Assembly: GCA_951406725.2 (NCBI GenBank)
Contig: OX597819.1
Location: 55,490,001-55,554,000, forward strand
Origin: Octopus vulgaris
Lineage: Eukaryota
Length of the DNA stretch: 64,000 nucleotides
Reading direction: 5' to 3'
Positions within the stretch are counted from its first letter, which is position 1. Each line of letters begins with the position of its first letter. The notes under the pieces were generated by a model. It was not told where the DNA came from. It worked only from the letters and a program-made list of their open reading frames with translations, and searched no databases. Shown here in pieces: positions 1 to 9,310 of this stretch. The position numbers were made by a program, and so were the translations under genes.

Positions 1-64
1 TTTTCTATTTATTTAAGCATTTAGAGTTTATATAGCTAATGTTGATCTATGTTTTCTCTTTCAG

Positions 65-200
65 TGTCGTATCTTAATTATGGTCCATTCAGCAGTTACG
101 CTCCGTCGTTTGATTCATCTTTTGCCAACATCACTAAAGAAGAATCTGATATGCTTATGACAACATATGGTGATGAAACAGGGGTACAGTATGCCAAAAG
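65..200 (+). CDS. BRD7: BRD7/BRD9-like bromodomain protein, internal coding exon (DUF3512 region); gene begins upstream of window
   Basis: Acceptor ttcag ends at 64, donor gt at 201. Encodes SYLNYGPFSSYAPSFDSSFANITKEESDMLMTTYGDETGVQYAK, matching the BRD7/9 motif YLNYGPYSSYAP.YDSTFAN.SK..SDL...YG. Invertebrates have one Brd7-9 co-orthologue. Confidence 0.93.
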
Positions 201-1526
201 GTACATCTTCCTTAGATTATTTATTTTGGTTTTTTTTTTTAAAGCTGTAAATTTTTCAGCTTCTAACATACAAAATGAAATAGAAAAAAATTAACAAAAG
301 AAGTTATGTAATTATTATTATGTGTAAGTTGTATAAGTGTCTGAGTATACCACATTATAAGTGTAACACTGTGACAAAGCTGTATGTTTTTAATTACATG
401 TATAACACATCTGACAGGCTTCACATAATTTCCATTAACCTAATTTCACTCACTCACAAGGTTTGGCTCAATCCAAGGTTTTCGTAAAAGACACTTGCCT
501 GTGGCGCCATGCAGCAAGATAAAAAAAAACCCAGGATCTAGTGGTCATGAAGCAAAATGTAATTATGTGTGTATGTGCGTCCTTCAATTTTTCTGAGGGA
601 AATGAAAGAAGAGATATACGAAGCAACGTATTTCATGATTTCATTTTCTGCAGTTTGATAAAACGGTAGCTGAATTTATACAAATGACTTTAATAGAAGA
701 ATATTTATGACATAATGCCATCAAGTAGTTACATGAGTTTATCAGACTCTAATTATTTTGGTAATCACAAAAGTGTTTTTACTGAGGGCTGTCATTATTG
801 AAGCTGTTTAAAAAAATAGATTAATATTAACTTGTTAATGAGATGAAATCAACATAAAAAATATATCAATATTTTTCTTGATAGTTTTGATTGAACATAG
901 ATAACATAGAATAATTTTTATGTGGAGTTTTAATGAGAAAATGAAAATATTTCAGTACTTACTCTGAGAAAGCCTCTCATATAAGTATCTAGTATATAAA
1001 AACAGATATTAATAGCAGTCAAGAATTGTTAAACACCAGTGGCAGAACTGTTGTATCATGTGATTTCAGCATGTTATGTACTTCATCAGCAACAGGTATA
1101 TTTTTCAGATAGAATTAAATATATTTAGTATTACTGTAAAATTAAATTAAAAATTTGCAAAGTTATTATTTTATTGTCTCATTAACAAAAAAAAACATGA
1201 AAAAATACAGTACATGACTTATAAAATGGCTGGAAAACATGTAATAAAAATCTTTAGCATAGATGAAGGTTGATTGAAAATATCTGTTATAAAGATGATA
1301 TGAAGTCTTAGATTAATAGACTTGTAAAGTTAAGCTTAAGAATTTTTGTAGCAAGATGGCCAAGCCTAATTTATGGAAAGAAATTACTTGATTAAGACTA
1401 CAAGATTAATTTCCTAATTAAATGTTCCTGTGTAATAGTTGCTTATCTTCTTGAAATCGTAAAAGTATCTTTTATATTTAGTTTTATGATAATTAAAGAA
1501 TGTAGAGGTTTTTTTTTTTTTTTGTT

Positions 1527-1788
1527 TTTACTCTTTAGCATTTAAACCAGTCATATCCAGCCCAAATATTTTGGCCATTTTATGTTTAAACTGACTAGAT
1601 TTTGATAAAGCATGATTAATGAAGACAATGTGAATAAATGAGTATTACATTTGAGGAAGGACATCCAGTCGTAGAAACCATGCCGCAACAGACAAATGAA
1701 GTCTGGGCAGCTCTATGTCAAACCGTCCAACCCATGCCAGCATGGAAAGCAGAAATTAAATGATGATGATTTAAATGCTAAAGGGTTA
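1527..1788. mobile_element. piggyBac-type MITE (TTAA-CCCTTTAGCATT...AATGCTAAAGGG-TTAA family) with a nested family-C SINE fragment
   Basis: Ends ctctttagcatttaaa and tttaaatgctaaagggttaa. Related copies at about 4487-4711, 14187-14404, 45049-45256 and 55810-56020 share GGCCATATCCGGCCCAAATATTCTAC. Confidence 0.7.
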
Positions 1789-1866
1789 AACTTATATTTT
1801 TCATCATTAAAATAATTGATTCATATAGTATTCAAATCTCTTTCTCTTTTTTGTTTTTTGTTTTAG

Positions 1867-1978
1867 TATAATGGCCTTTGCAGATTCTACAGGGGATTAC
1901 ACTATTAAAATGGTTGACAATCTATTAGATGTTCTAACAAACGGGGAACACAGCCGTGTGCAAGGACAAATTGACCAA
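1867..1978 (+). CDS. BRD7: BRD7/9 coding exon
   Basis: Pyrimidine tract plus ttttag acceptor, gtaagg donor. The phase-2 join gives S-IMAFADSTGDYTIKMVDNLLDVLTNGEHSRVQGQIDQ (cf. BRD9 VVDDLLDQITGGDHSRTL). Not in the ORF track. Confidence 0.92.
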
Positions 1979-2179
1979 GTAAGGGAGTGTAGTTGTACTT
2001 TTCTTTAACCTATTCAATTCATTTCATTTTTCTCATTAAAGTCTTTCATATGATGGAAGGTATACACTTGAATTTAATAAAGAATGGTATTCATGCAAAG
2101 ATGATTCCTTGCAGTCAGTGAATCTGTAGCACCAGAAACAATTTTTTAGAACAAGAAACATATCTGAATTGTATATATG

Positions 2180-2282
2180 CACTTTGAAAGCACCGGTTCT
2201 CATCCGATCACCAAAGTTAAGCAACGTCGAGCCTAGTTAGTACTTAGATGGGTGACCGCTTTGAAAACCTAGGTGCTGTAAG
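2180..2282 (+). pseudogene. 5S rRNA-derived sequence (5'-truncated), head of a SINE3-like element
   Basis: TTGAAAGCACCGGTTCTCATCCGATCACCAAAGTTAAGCAACGTCGAGCCTAGTTAGTACTTAGATGGGTGACCGC...GGTGCTGTA is recognisably molluscan-type 5S rRNA with box A/box C. About 15 nt at the 5' end and the oligo-T terminator are missing. Confidence 0.9.
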
Positions 2283-2353
2283 TGTCACACATTTAAAGGC
2301 AGTGCTCCAGCATTGCCACAGTCAAATGACTGAAACAAGTAAAAGAGCAAAAG
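2180..2353 (+). mobile_element. 5S-derived SINE (SINE3-like) with family-A 3' tail
   Basis: The 5S head is followed about 11 nt later by TAAAGGCAGTGCTCCAGCATTGCCACAGTCAAATGACTGAAACAAGTAAAAGAG, the same tail as the tRNA SINE family A copies in this window. Confidence 0.75.
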
Positions 2354-2580
2354 CGTATAGGGAAAAGTATTATAAACACAAGGTGCAGTTTATACCATTT
2401 ATTCCCCATATACGTTTTGCCATTGTAGCTATTTCATCCTCTGCACTGGCTGTTCATAGTGCAGTTGAATACTGTTCCCTTGAATGCTGGTTCACAACAG
2501 TTCTTCTGAGGAACACTTTATTACATTATGTTATATGTATGCGTTGTGTGTGTCTACTTATGTATCTAATTTTATTGTAG

Positions 2581-2670
2581 CGGAAGAAAGAAGAAAGTAA
2601 GAAACAAGCTCAAGCTGCAGCTGAACTTGACCAAGCAATGGCTGCTGCTAGTGCAGATACCAGCTCACAG
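2581..2670 (+). CDS. BRD7: BRD7/9 coding exon
   Basis: ttgtag acceptor, gtaatt donor, 90 nt, phase 0-0. Encodes RKKEESKKQAQAAAELDQAMAAASADTSSQ. Confidence 0.85.
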
Positions 2671-3616
2671 GTAATTAAAGCTTTCAAATTAATTACCTTT
2701 ATCAATTATTATTATTGTTTCCAAGATAAGAAAATCTTTCTAATCTAATTCATCCCGTAATCTGTACCAGTAATATTCTCATGCAAATTTGTCTGATCTC
2801 TAGTGGTTAAGCTGTTTATTATTATTATTATTATTATTAGTATTAGTATTAGTATTATCCCTTTGATCCCCAGTCGTCAATTTGTTTATTATTATTATTT
2901 TCAGCTTCGCCTCGTATTGCATATTATGTATAATTTATTAGTTATTGTTGACCATCGGTTCCAGCCTCGTGTCTCGCTAAATACAGAATAGATATTTAAG
3001 TTTCTCCATACAGGGGTTTTCAATGGCGGCCGATTTTCGCGGGGTTCCACTATTCCCTTTCTCTTTCTCCCTCTTTTACGTTGTCTGCCCTCCCCCTCTT
3101 CCTTCCCCCTTCCATTGCTAAGAGCATTTTTAAGCCAACCCGTCAAGTAACGTGCCTCATTTCTTGATTGTTTTTATCTATCTATCTATTTTATCTACTT
3201 ACTAATTACTAATACGCTTAAGCAGTTGTCATTGTATTCCCTAATTCCTCTCATCATTATGTGCCGATAATTTCTCCATTTCTCCACCATCCCTTTATTA
3301 ATTTTGCCCGTCCAAGTCCTCGCTCTCTCGTCTTTCAACCTTCGCGTATTCGCGGTGCACCCGCCCTTGCCCACCCCCACCACCAGTACCGGATATCTCT
3401 ATATTTTTGCTCCATCTATACCGGATGTCGCTTCTCCCACCACCATTATAGGTGTCTACTCTTCGAACCCCCCTCTTCAATACGCTATTTCACCATGCAT
3501 TACCCCTCTCGTGATATCCTACGTTCTACTTGTCTAGAACCTGTCATCGTTTCTCCGAACACCCTTCCCCACTGGTGCTCCCCTATATTTCTGCACCCCC
3601 CACACACACACACACA

Positions 3617-3956
3617 CATAAAAAGCACCATCCGAACGTGGCCGATGCCAGCACCGCCCCGACTGGCTTCTGTGCAGGTGGCACATAAAAAGCACCAACT
3701 GACCGTGGCCGATGCCAGACCCCTCTGGCACCTGTGCAGGTGGCACTTAAAAAGCACCCACTACACTCGCGGAGTGGTTGGCGTTAGGAAGGGCATCCAG
3801 CTGTAGAAACACTGCCAGACCAGACTGGAGCCTGGGGCAGCCCCTGGCTCCCCAGACCCCGGTCGAAACCGTCCAACCCGTGCTAGCGTGGAAAACGGAC
3901 GTTAAACGATGATGATGATGATGATGATTATTGGACGCTAAACGATGATGATGATG
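3617..3956 (+). mobile_element. SINE family C (GGTGGCAC.TAAAAAGCACC subrepeats, AGGAAGGGCATCCAGC core, GGACGTTAAAC(GAT)n tail)
   Basis: Many related copies: about 7025-7220, 7343-7608, 12440-12665, 36215-36528, 56530-56870 (+) and 45850-46085, 47805-48090, 57670-57846, 61208-61455 (-). Confidence 0.85.
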
Positions 3957-4318
3957 ACCTCCACTTTAGCAAAGGCAAGGCTATTGTTTTCAGTCACGTT
4001 TGTTTGTCCGTGGACAAGATATCGCAAGAACCGCTGGATGGATTCAGATGAAAGTTTCAGGGATGTTTGGCATTCTGACTGACATGAACTGATTAGATTT
4101 TGGGATTGATTGGGTACCTGACAAGGATTCAGGATTATTTTTCCTGGTTTTTTTTTTACTCAAGTTTTGAGAGCAGTTGGATTCATTTTTAGTATTCTCG
4201 TTTGTGAGAGCAGTCGAGTTTTATTTCAGATATTCTCATTTTAAAAATCATCTCTGGCTAATCATTGAGAGGACGTTGGTGTTGCCTTGGCAAAGATTTG
4301 CGCTCTCTGAGTGCTCTT
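3956..4318 (+). mobile_element. Non-autonomous Helentron/DINE-1-like element (HINE)
   Basis: 5' ACCTCCACTTTAGCAAAGGCAAGG subterminal repeat/IR, then a GTTT microsatellite. 3' GCCTTGGCAAAGAT followed by the hairpin GCGCTC-TCT-GAGTGC and TT. Confidence 0.55.
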
Positions 4319-4369
4319 ATTATTATTATTATTATTATATCTAATGCTTTGTTTGATTATTTTCATTAG

Positions 4370-4451
4370 GACCCATACGATGTTGACTTCGAATCTCTGA
4401 AAACTTTGTCAAGTGACCTTGGAATGGATCTGTCATTCCTGGATCATTTTG
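4370..4451 (+). CDS. BRD7: BRD7/9 coding exon
   Basis: cattag acceptor, gtaagt donor, phase 0-1. Encodes DPYDVDFESLKTLSSDLGMDLSFLDHF (invertebrate Brd7-9-type DF..LKSL...GID.SFL motif). Confidence 0.9.
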
Positions 4452-5178
4452 GTAAGTTCCCAAATGAGTTGTTATCTTTCAAACTTTTAACCCTTTAGCA
4501 TTTAATCTGGCCATATCCGACCAAAATATTCTACCTGCATTATATCCAAACTGGCCAGATCTGACATCTTACACCTATCCTAGAATGTCATTTCATACAT
4601 GAACAATCCCATCATCGATATCTCAGGGTTACAAGATAATGCTGGGTAAATACAAAACAATGTGAATAAACAAGCATTACATTAGACAGTAATCTGAAGG
4701 TGAACAGATTAAGGAATCAACATGAGTGTGCTTTTCTCTGACATAGGTACATGACAACAAATCTGAAGGAAATAGTTTTACCTTTTACATCAGTCCAGTA
4801 CTTGCTTGCTTAATTTTTATCTACCCTATAAAAACATAAGGCAGAGTTGAACCTGATAAGATTTGAACTCCTTTATTGTTGTAAGGAGGATAAATAAATA
4901 ATATTGCAAGACAATTTTTCTATTTACTGATTTTGCTAATCCACTGTCCTGATTTAACATTTATGTATTAACACTAAGTTTTAAGCTTCTACAAGCTCAA
5001 TGAGGGAAGTTCAACCTTGAGACTCAAACTACTAGAAGTAGCAGCCAAATCTCTTATTTCACCTCTCTCATTAAGTTCCTGAAAAACATTGGGATTTAAA
5101 GACATTTTTATATCACATTATTAAATTCTTGTTGAGTTTGTGTATGTTTGTGTGTGTATATATATATGTATATATGTA

Positions 5179-6001
5179 TGTAATGGATCTTGCAGGCATG
5201 AAGTGGATTCAATCCACCATAGCCAAATTCCAAGTAACAGTTCAATAGAACTTTTTTCACGGTGGAACAATGGTTTTTCTTTGACAGTAGTTTTACATTT
5301 GCCAGATTGCCTTAGCTAGACCAAAATAATGTTCACCACTTGACCTTTCTAGCCTCTCCTAGACTACAAAGGCTCAAAATTAAGATAACAAATACCACCA
5401 ACTAAATTCATTGTTCTAAGTGATATGTCTATCCTTCTGGATAGTTATAAAAGCAAGAACCGCAAGCAAAAATCAGTTAGTCGGCTCATGACACTCAGTC
5501 AGTTAATGAATGACAACTCGAGTCAGAGACTGCTACCATCAGTTAGGGAGCGGAACACTAGAATCATGATCACAAGCAAGGCAGCTACTAAAGATAATGG
5601 TCAAATGGAGAAATTAAATTTACTGTCAGCAGTTATGAGACCCAACTTCCCACACTCTCTCACTTTCACTAACTCACTTTGTCTACTCTGCACATTACCA
5701 TATCTCTCTCTATGGTTTACTACTACAATAAGAACACACAGGCCAAAATTAACTTTTTTACTACTTTGCATGCTCTAGGATTTTATCGCCTGCCTGTCGA
5801 GGCAAGGTATATTCGATGTAATGGTAAATAAATATTTTCTTCATAACTTCAATCACTGTTCTTTCATCTTTACATAATGGCAATCAACGAAGAATCAATC
5901 CTTTACAAACAGATTACATTCCATCCTACTGTGTATCAACTATCATTTACCACACTATCATTTACCTCTCATACTAATGTTTACAAATATCAATCGTTAC
6001 A
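5179..6001 (+). mobile_element. Probable solo LTR
   Basis: 823-bp block bounded by TGTAA...TTACA, set in a (TA)-rich tract, with an internal AATAAA near 5827 and no convincing protein. Confidence 0.5.
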
Positions 6002-6059
6002 TATATATACTTTAAAAAATAAATGGTATACTTTGAAGTAATTTTGTAATCTTTTACAG

Positions 6060-6218
6060 AAAAGGAAATCAGCAAAGAGAAGGAATTACAGCAAAAGTTG
6101 GACTACACTGCAGGTCTTATTCAAGATCTTCATTCCACACAACATGATCGTCTCAGTGCTAAACCACCAGTTCATCTAGCCTTTGTTCCTGGGCCTTCAC
6201 AAAAGGAAGCACAACTTG
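6060..6218 (+). CDS. BRD7: BRD7/9 coding exon
   Basis: ttacag acceptor, gtgagt donor, phase 1-1. Encodes KEISKEKELQQKLDYTAGLIQDLHSTQHDRLSAKPPVHLAFVPGPSQKEAQL (cf. BRD7 QKKLDETTRLLRELQEAQNERLSTRPP...GPS.RE). Confidence 0.93.
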
Positions 6219-6623
6219 GTGAGTAAACTAATTCTGTAAATAAAAACCAGAATCCATGGAAACTAGGAGTGCCACTTCTTTGGCAATAGTTATTTAATAA
6301 GGTTTACAAATTTGGGTAAGTTTGTATATTGTAAATTGATTCTCCCCAACCAAATAAAGATAGATTCTACAAAATCCAGACACTGCTCCAAACATGACAT
6401 GCATGCAAACTTTGCTAAAGTATGTATTCAGCACCTAACATGGCTTGAACCTATGATATGGGCTGACTAGTTAGGCATCTTAACTACTCAGCCTTTCATT
6501 TCATAGTAGAATTTTTTTGTTTGGTCTCTATTTAAAGAATATTGGGGTCTTAATTCTTTGTGGCTTAATTTTGTAACATACCATGGTTTGTTCGCTATTC
6601 ATCATCAGGTTCCACATGATGTA

Positions 6624-6750
6624 CAGGGTGTCCACAAAATCTGGGTACATGGAGTAAATAAAATCATAACATAAACAATTAAATATAAAAAATAATAATT
6701 TCTTAAAGTATGTGTTAATCTCCATGTACCTAGACTTTGTGGACACCCTG
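6624..6750. mobile_element. Tc1/mariner-type MITE, 127 bp
   Basis: 31-bp TIRs CAGGGTGTCCACAAAATCTGGGTACATGGAG (29/31 matching), with TA on both sides (6622-6623, 6751-6752). Confidence 0.9.
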
Positions 6751-7691
6751 TATAATGAAGAATAAAAAGTAAACTGAAATACGGGGTCTGAAAAACTATT
6801 TTTAAAAAATTAACTTAACAGTCCTTCCAAAAACACTAATAATGATTTATCTTTTAAAAAAACTTTTGGGTACAATTTGTTTTTATGAGGCATTAAGTCT
6901 GAACGTTTATACAATGTGAATGTGTAGTGCTTCAACCCAAGAATTGAAACATGATCAAACATGGACTGAGCATTGCGTCTCTCTCATTAATTACATATTT
7001 TTTTAATGTATAAAAGGTAGAACAGCATGCTGGCACCACATAGAAAGCATGCAGTACACCTTGTAAAATGGTTGGCATTAGGAAGGGCATCCAGCCATAG
7101 AAACCATGCCAAAACAGACAACTAGGGCCTGGTGCAGCCCTCCAGCTTACTAGCTCCTGTCAAACCACCCAACTCATGCCAGCATACAAAATGGACATTA
7201 GATGATGATGACGATAATGAGGGAATGTCTATACTTTATCAAGCATTAAATCTATCTTCTAACAACAATATCTGAAATGTTATTTTGTTAATTAAGATAT
7301 TGCTGGACAGAAATGTAGTATTTTTTTGTACACATTTTGTTCAAGCACCATCCAAACATGGTTCCATGTAAAAAGCACTATCCGAACATGATTGATGCCT
7401 GGCCGGCCTGACTGGCTCCTGTGCCGGTGGCACGTAAAAAGCACCCTCTACACTCTTGGAGTGGTTGGTGTTAGGAAGGGCATCCAGCTGTAGAGACATT
7501 GCCAGATCAGATTGGAGCTTGGTGCAGCTGCTGGCTTTCCAGAACTCAGTCAAACTGTCCAACCCATGTCAGCATGGAAAACGAATGTTAAATGATGATG
7601 ATGATGATCAATTAAGAATCCTTTTGATGTATATTAGCAACATCAAAAACTGTTAAATAATCTTTAATTATTTTTTTTTTCCATTTTGCAG

Positions 7692-7732
7692 CCAATAAAG
7701 TAACTCAAGAACTACGAGAATTAGCCAAACAG
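7692..7732 (+). CDS. BRD7: BRD7/9 short coding exon (41 nt)
   Basis: ttgcag acceptor, gtaaac donor, phase 1-0. Encodes A-NKVTQELRELAKQ (cf. BRD7 AEQVTNNLKELAQQ). Confidence 0.9.
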
Positions 7733-8150
7733 GTAAACTATTTTATTATATTCACCTTTATCTCTAGTGTCCTTCAGTAAGACTCTTTATTTCTCCTTGT
7801 TGTAGTTCACTCAGCTGGCAAAAATATGTTGTACCTGTAATTGAATGAGCCAGCCTTGTTACATTCGGTGTCACACTGAATCTCCCTGAGAACTACATTA
7901 AGGGTACACATATCTGTGGAGTGCTTAACCACTTGCACATTAATTTCCAAAGCAGGCTGCTCTGTTAATCAGAAAAACTGGAATGCTTCTCATCATAACC
8001 GACAGAGAGCCAGGTCATTCTATTATCATTGTCTGCTACCAAACATAAACTTATTTTTACCAATGAAATTTTCTTGTAAGAAAATATAATGAATTTAGTG
8101 TTTTTTAAAAAATAGAAGCTTGTGTGTTAATTTGATATTATTCTTACAAC

Positions 8151-9000
8151 TTACGGTGGTGAGCTGGCAGGACCATTAGTATGCCTAGCAAAATGGTTGA
8201 CTTTGCCTTTCATCCTTTTGGGGTCAATAAAATAAGGACCAGTTGAACACTGGGGATCAATGTAATCAACTAGTCCCCTCCCCCAAATTTGAAGCCTTGT
8301 GATTTTAGTAGAAAGAATTCTTATGATTATTATTAGTATTGTTATTATTATTAAGACAGCGAGCTGGCAGAATCATTAGCACATCTGGAGAAATGCTTAG
8401 TGGTATTTCATCTGTCTTCATGTTCAGAGTTCAAATGCCACTGAGGTCAACTTTGCCTTTCATCTTTACAGAGTCAATAAATTAAGTACCAGTGAAACAC
8501 TGGGGTTGATGTTATCAACTAGTCCCCTAAATTTCAGGCTTTGTACCTGTGGTAAAAAGTATTATTATTATTAATATTATATTTAGGATGTTGAGCTGGC
8601 AGAATCGTTAGTACGCCTGGTGAAATGCTTAGCGATATTTCGTCTATCTTTACGTTCTGTGTTCAAATTCCGCTGAGGTCAGCTTTGCTTTTCGATAAAT
8701 TAAGTACCAGTTACGCACTGGGATCGATGTAATCGACTTAATTTCTTTGTCTGTCCTTGTTTGTCCCCTCTATGTTTAGCCCCTTGTGGGCAATAAAGAA
8801 ATAAAAATTGTTAGCATGCTAGGCAAAATGCTTTGTGGTATTCATCATTATTCTGAGTTTAAATTCCATCAAGGTTAACTTTGCTTTTCATCCTTTCTTG
8901 GGTCAATAAAATAAGTATCAGTTGGGTAGTAGGACCAATGTAAATTGACTTACCCGCTAGCCCAAAATTGCTGGCCTTGTGCCAAAATTTGAAAGCAATA
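8151..9000 (+). mobile_element. Head-to-tail array of four SINE family B copies (tRNA-like head GAGCTGGCAGAA...GAGTTCAAAT plus Deu/Nin-like core GACTTTGCCTTTCATCCTTTCGGGGTCGATAAA.TAAGTACCAG)
   Basis: Core seen near 8200, 8450, 8680 and 8875. Other copies: about 11213-11410, 39950-40110 (+) and 20095-20303, 23373-23585, 33993-34423, 52260-53234, 53935-54137 (-). Several have 13-20 bp TSDs, e.g. GAGACTCATTAAAATT near 33977 and 34424. Confidence 0.85.
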
Positions 9001-9037
9001 TTATTTTGATGACATATATTTTTTATGAATTTTTCAG

Positions 9038-9310
9038 GCTAATCCAGGTGCTGTTGTCAGTGTCAAAGCTCTACGTAATGCCATGGGGATTTCAAATAAC
9101 CCCATTGATGATCTCCTAGATCCTTACAATCTGGATGATGATGATAACGGTCAAGCTTTGTTGTCTGCTGTTGGACAAGGGGAAGAGTCTGCTTTACCAA
9201 TGGACATAGAACAAGAGCTTAACGAATTTCTTGAACAGGGTTCCTTGTTGAAACCTAGCCAGTCACCCAAAGATACCAAAGTTGGTTTGGATCAGAACAC
9301 TGCTCTTTAA
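9038..9310 (+). CDS. BRD7: BRD7/9 terminal coding exon
   Basis: tttcag acceptor. Encodes ANPGAVVSVKALRNAMGI (cf. BRD7 VTPGDIVSTYGVRKAMGI), then an acidic tail to TAA at 9308-9310. In frame with ORF 9083..9310. Confidence 0.92.
   Translation, partial: ANPGAVVSVKALRNAMGISNNPIDDLLDPYNLDDDDNGQALLSAVGQGEESALPMDIEQELNEFLEQGSLLKPSQSPKDTKVGLDQNTAL

Noticed and set aside
2180-2282. Functional 5S rRNA gene
   Set aside because: The 5' end is missing, there are several substitutions including in box C, there is no oligo-T terminator, it is not in a tandem array and it is fused to a SINE tail.
3261-3806. 181-aa ORF and overlapping ORFs
   Set aside because: Low-complexity translation of a pyrimidine-rich block, (CA)n and a SINE; no domain motif; intronic.
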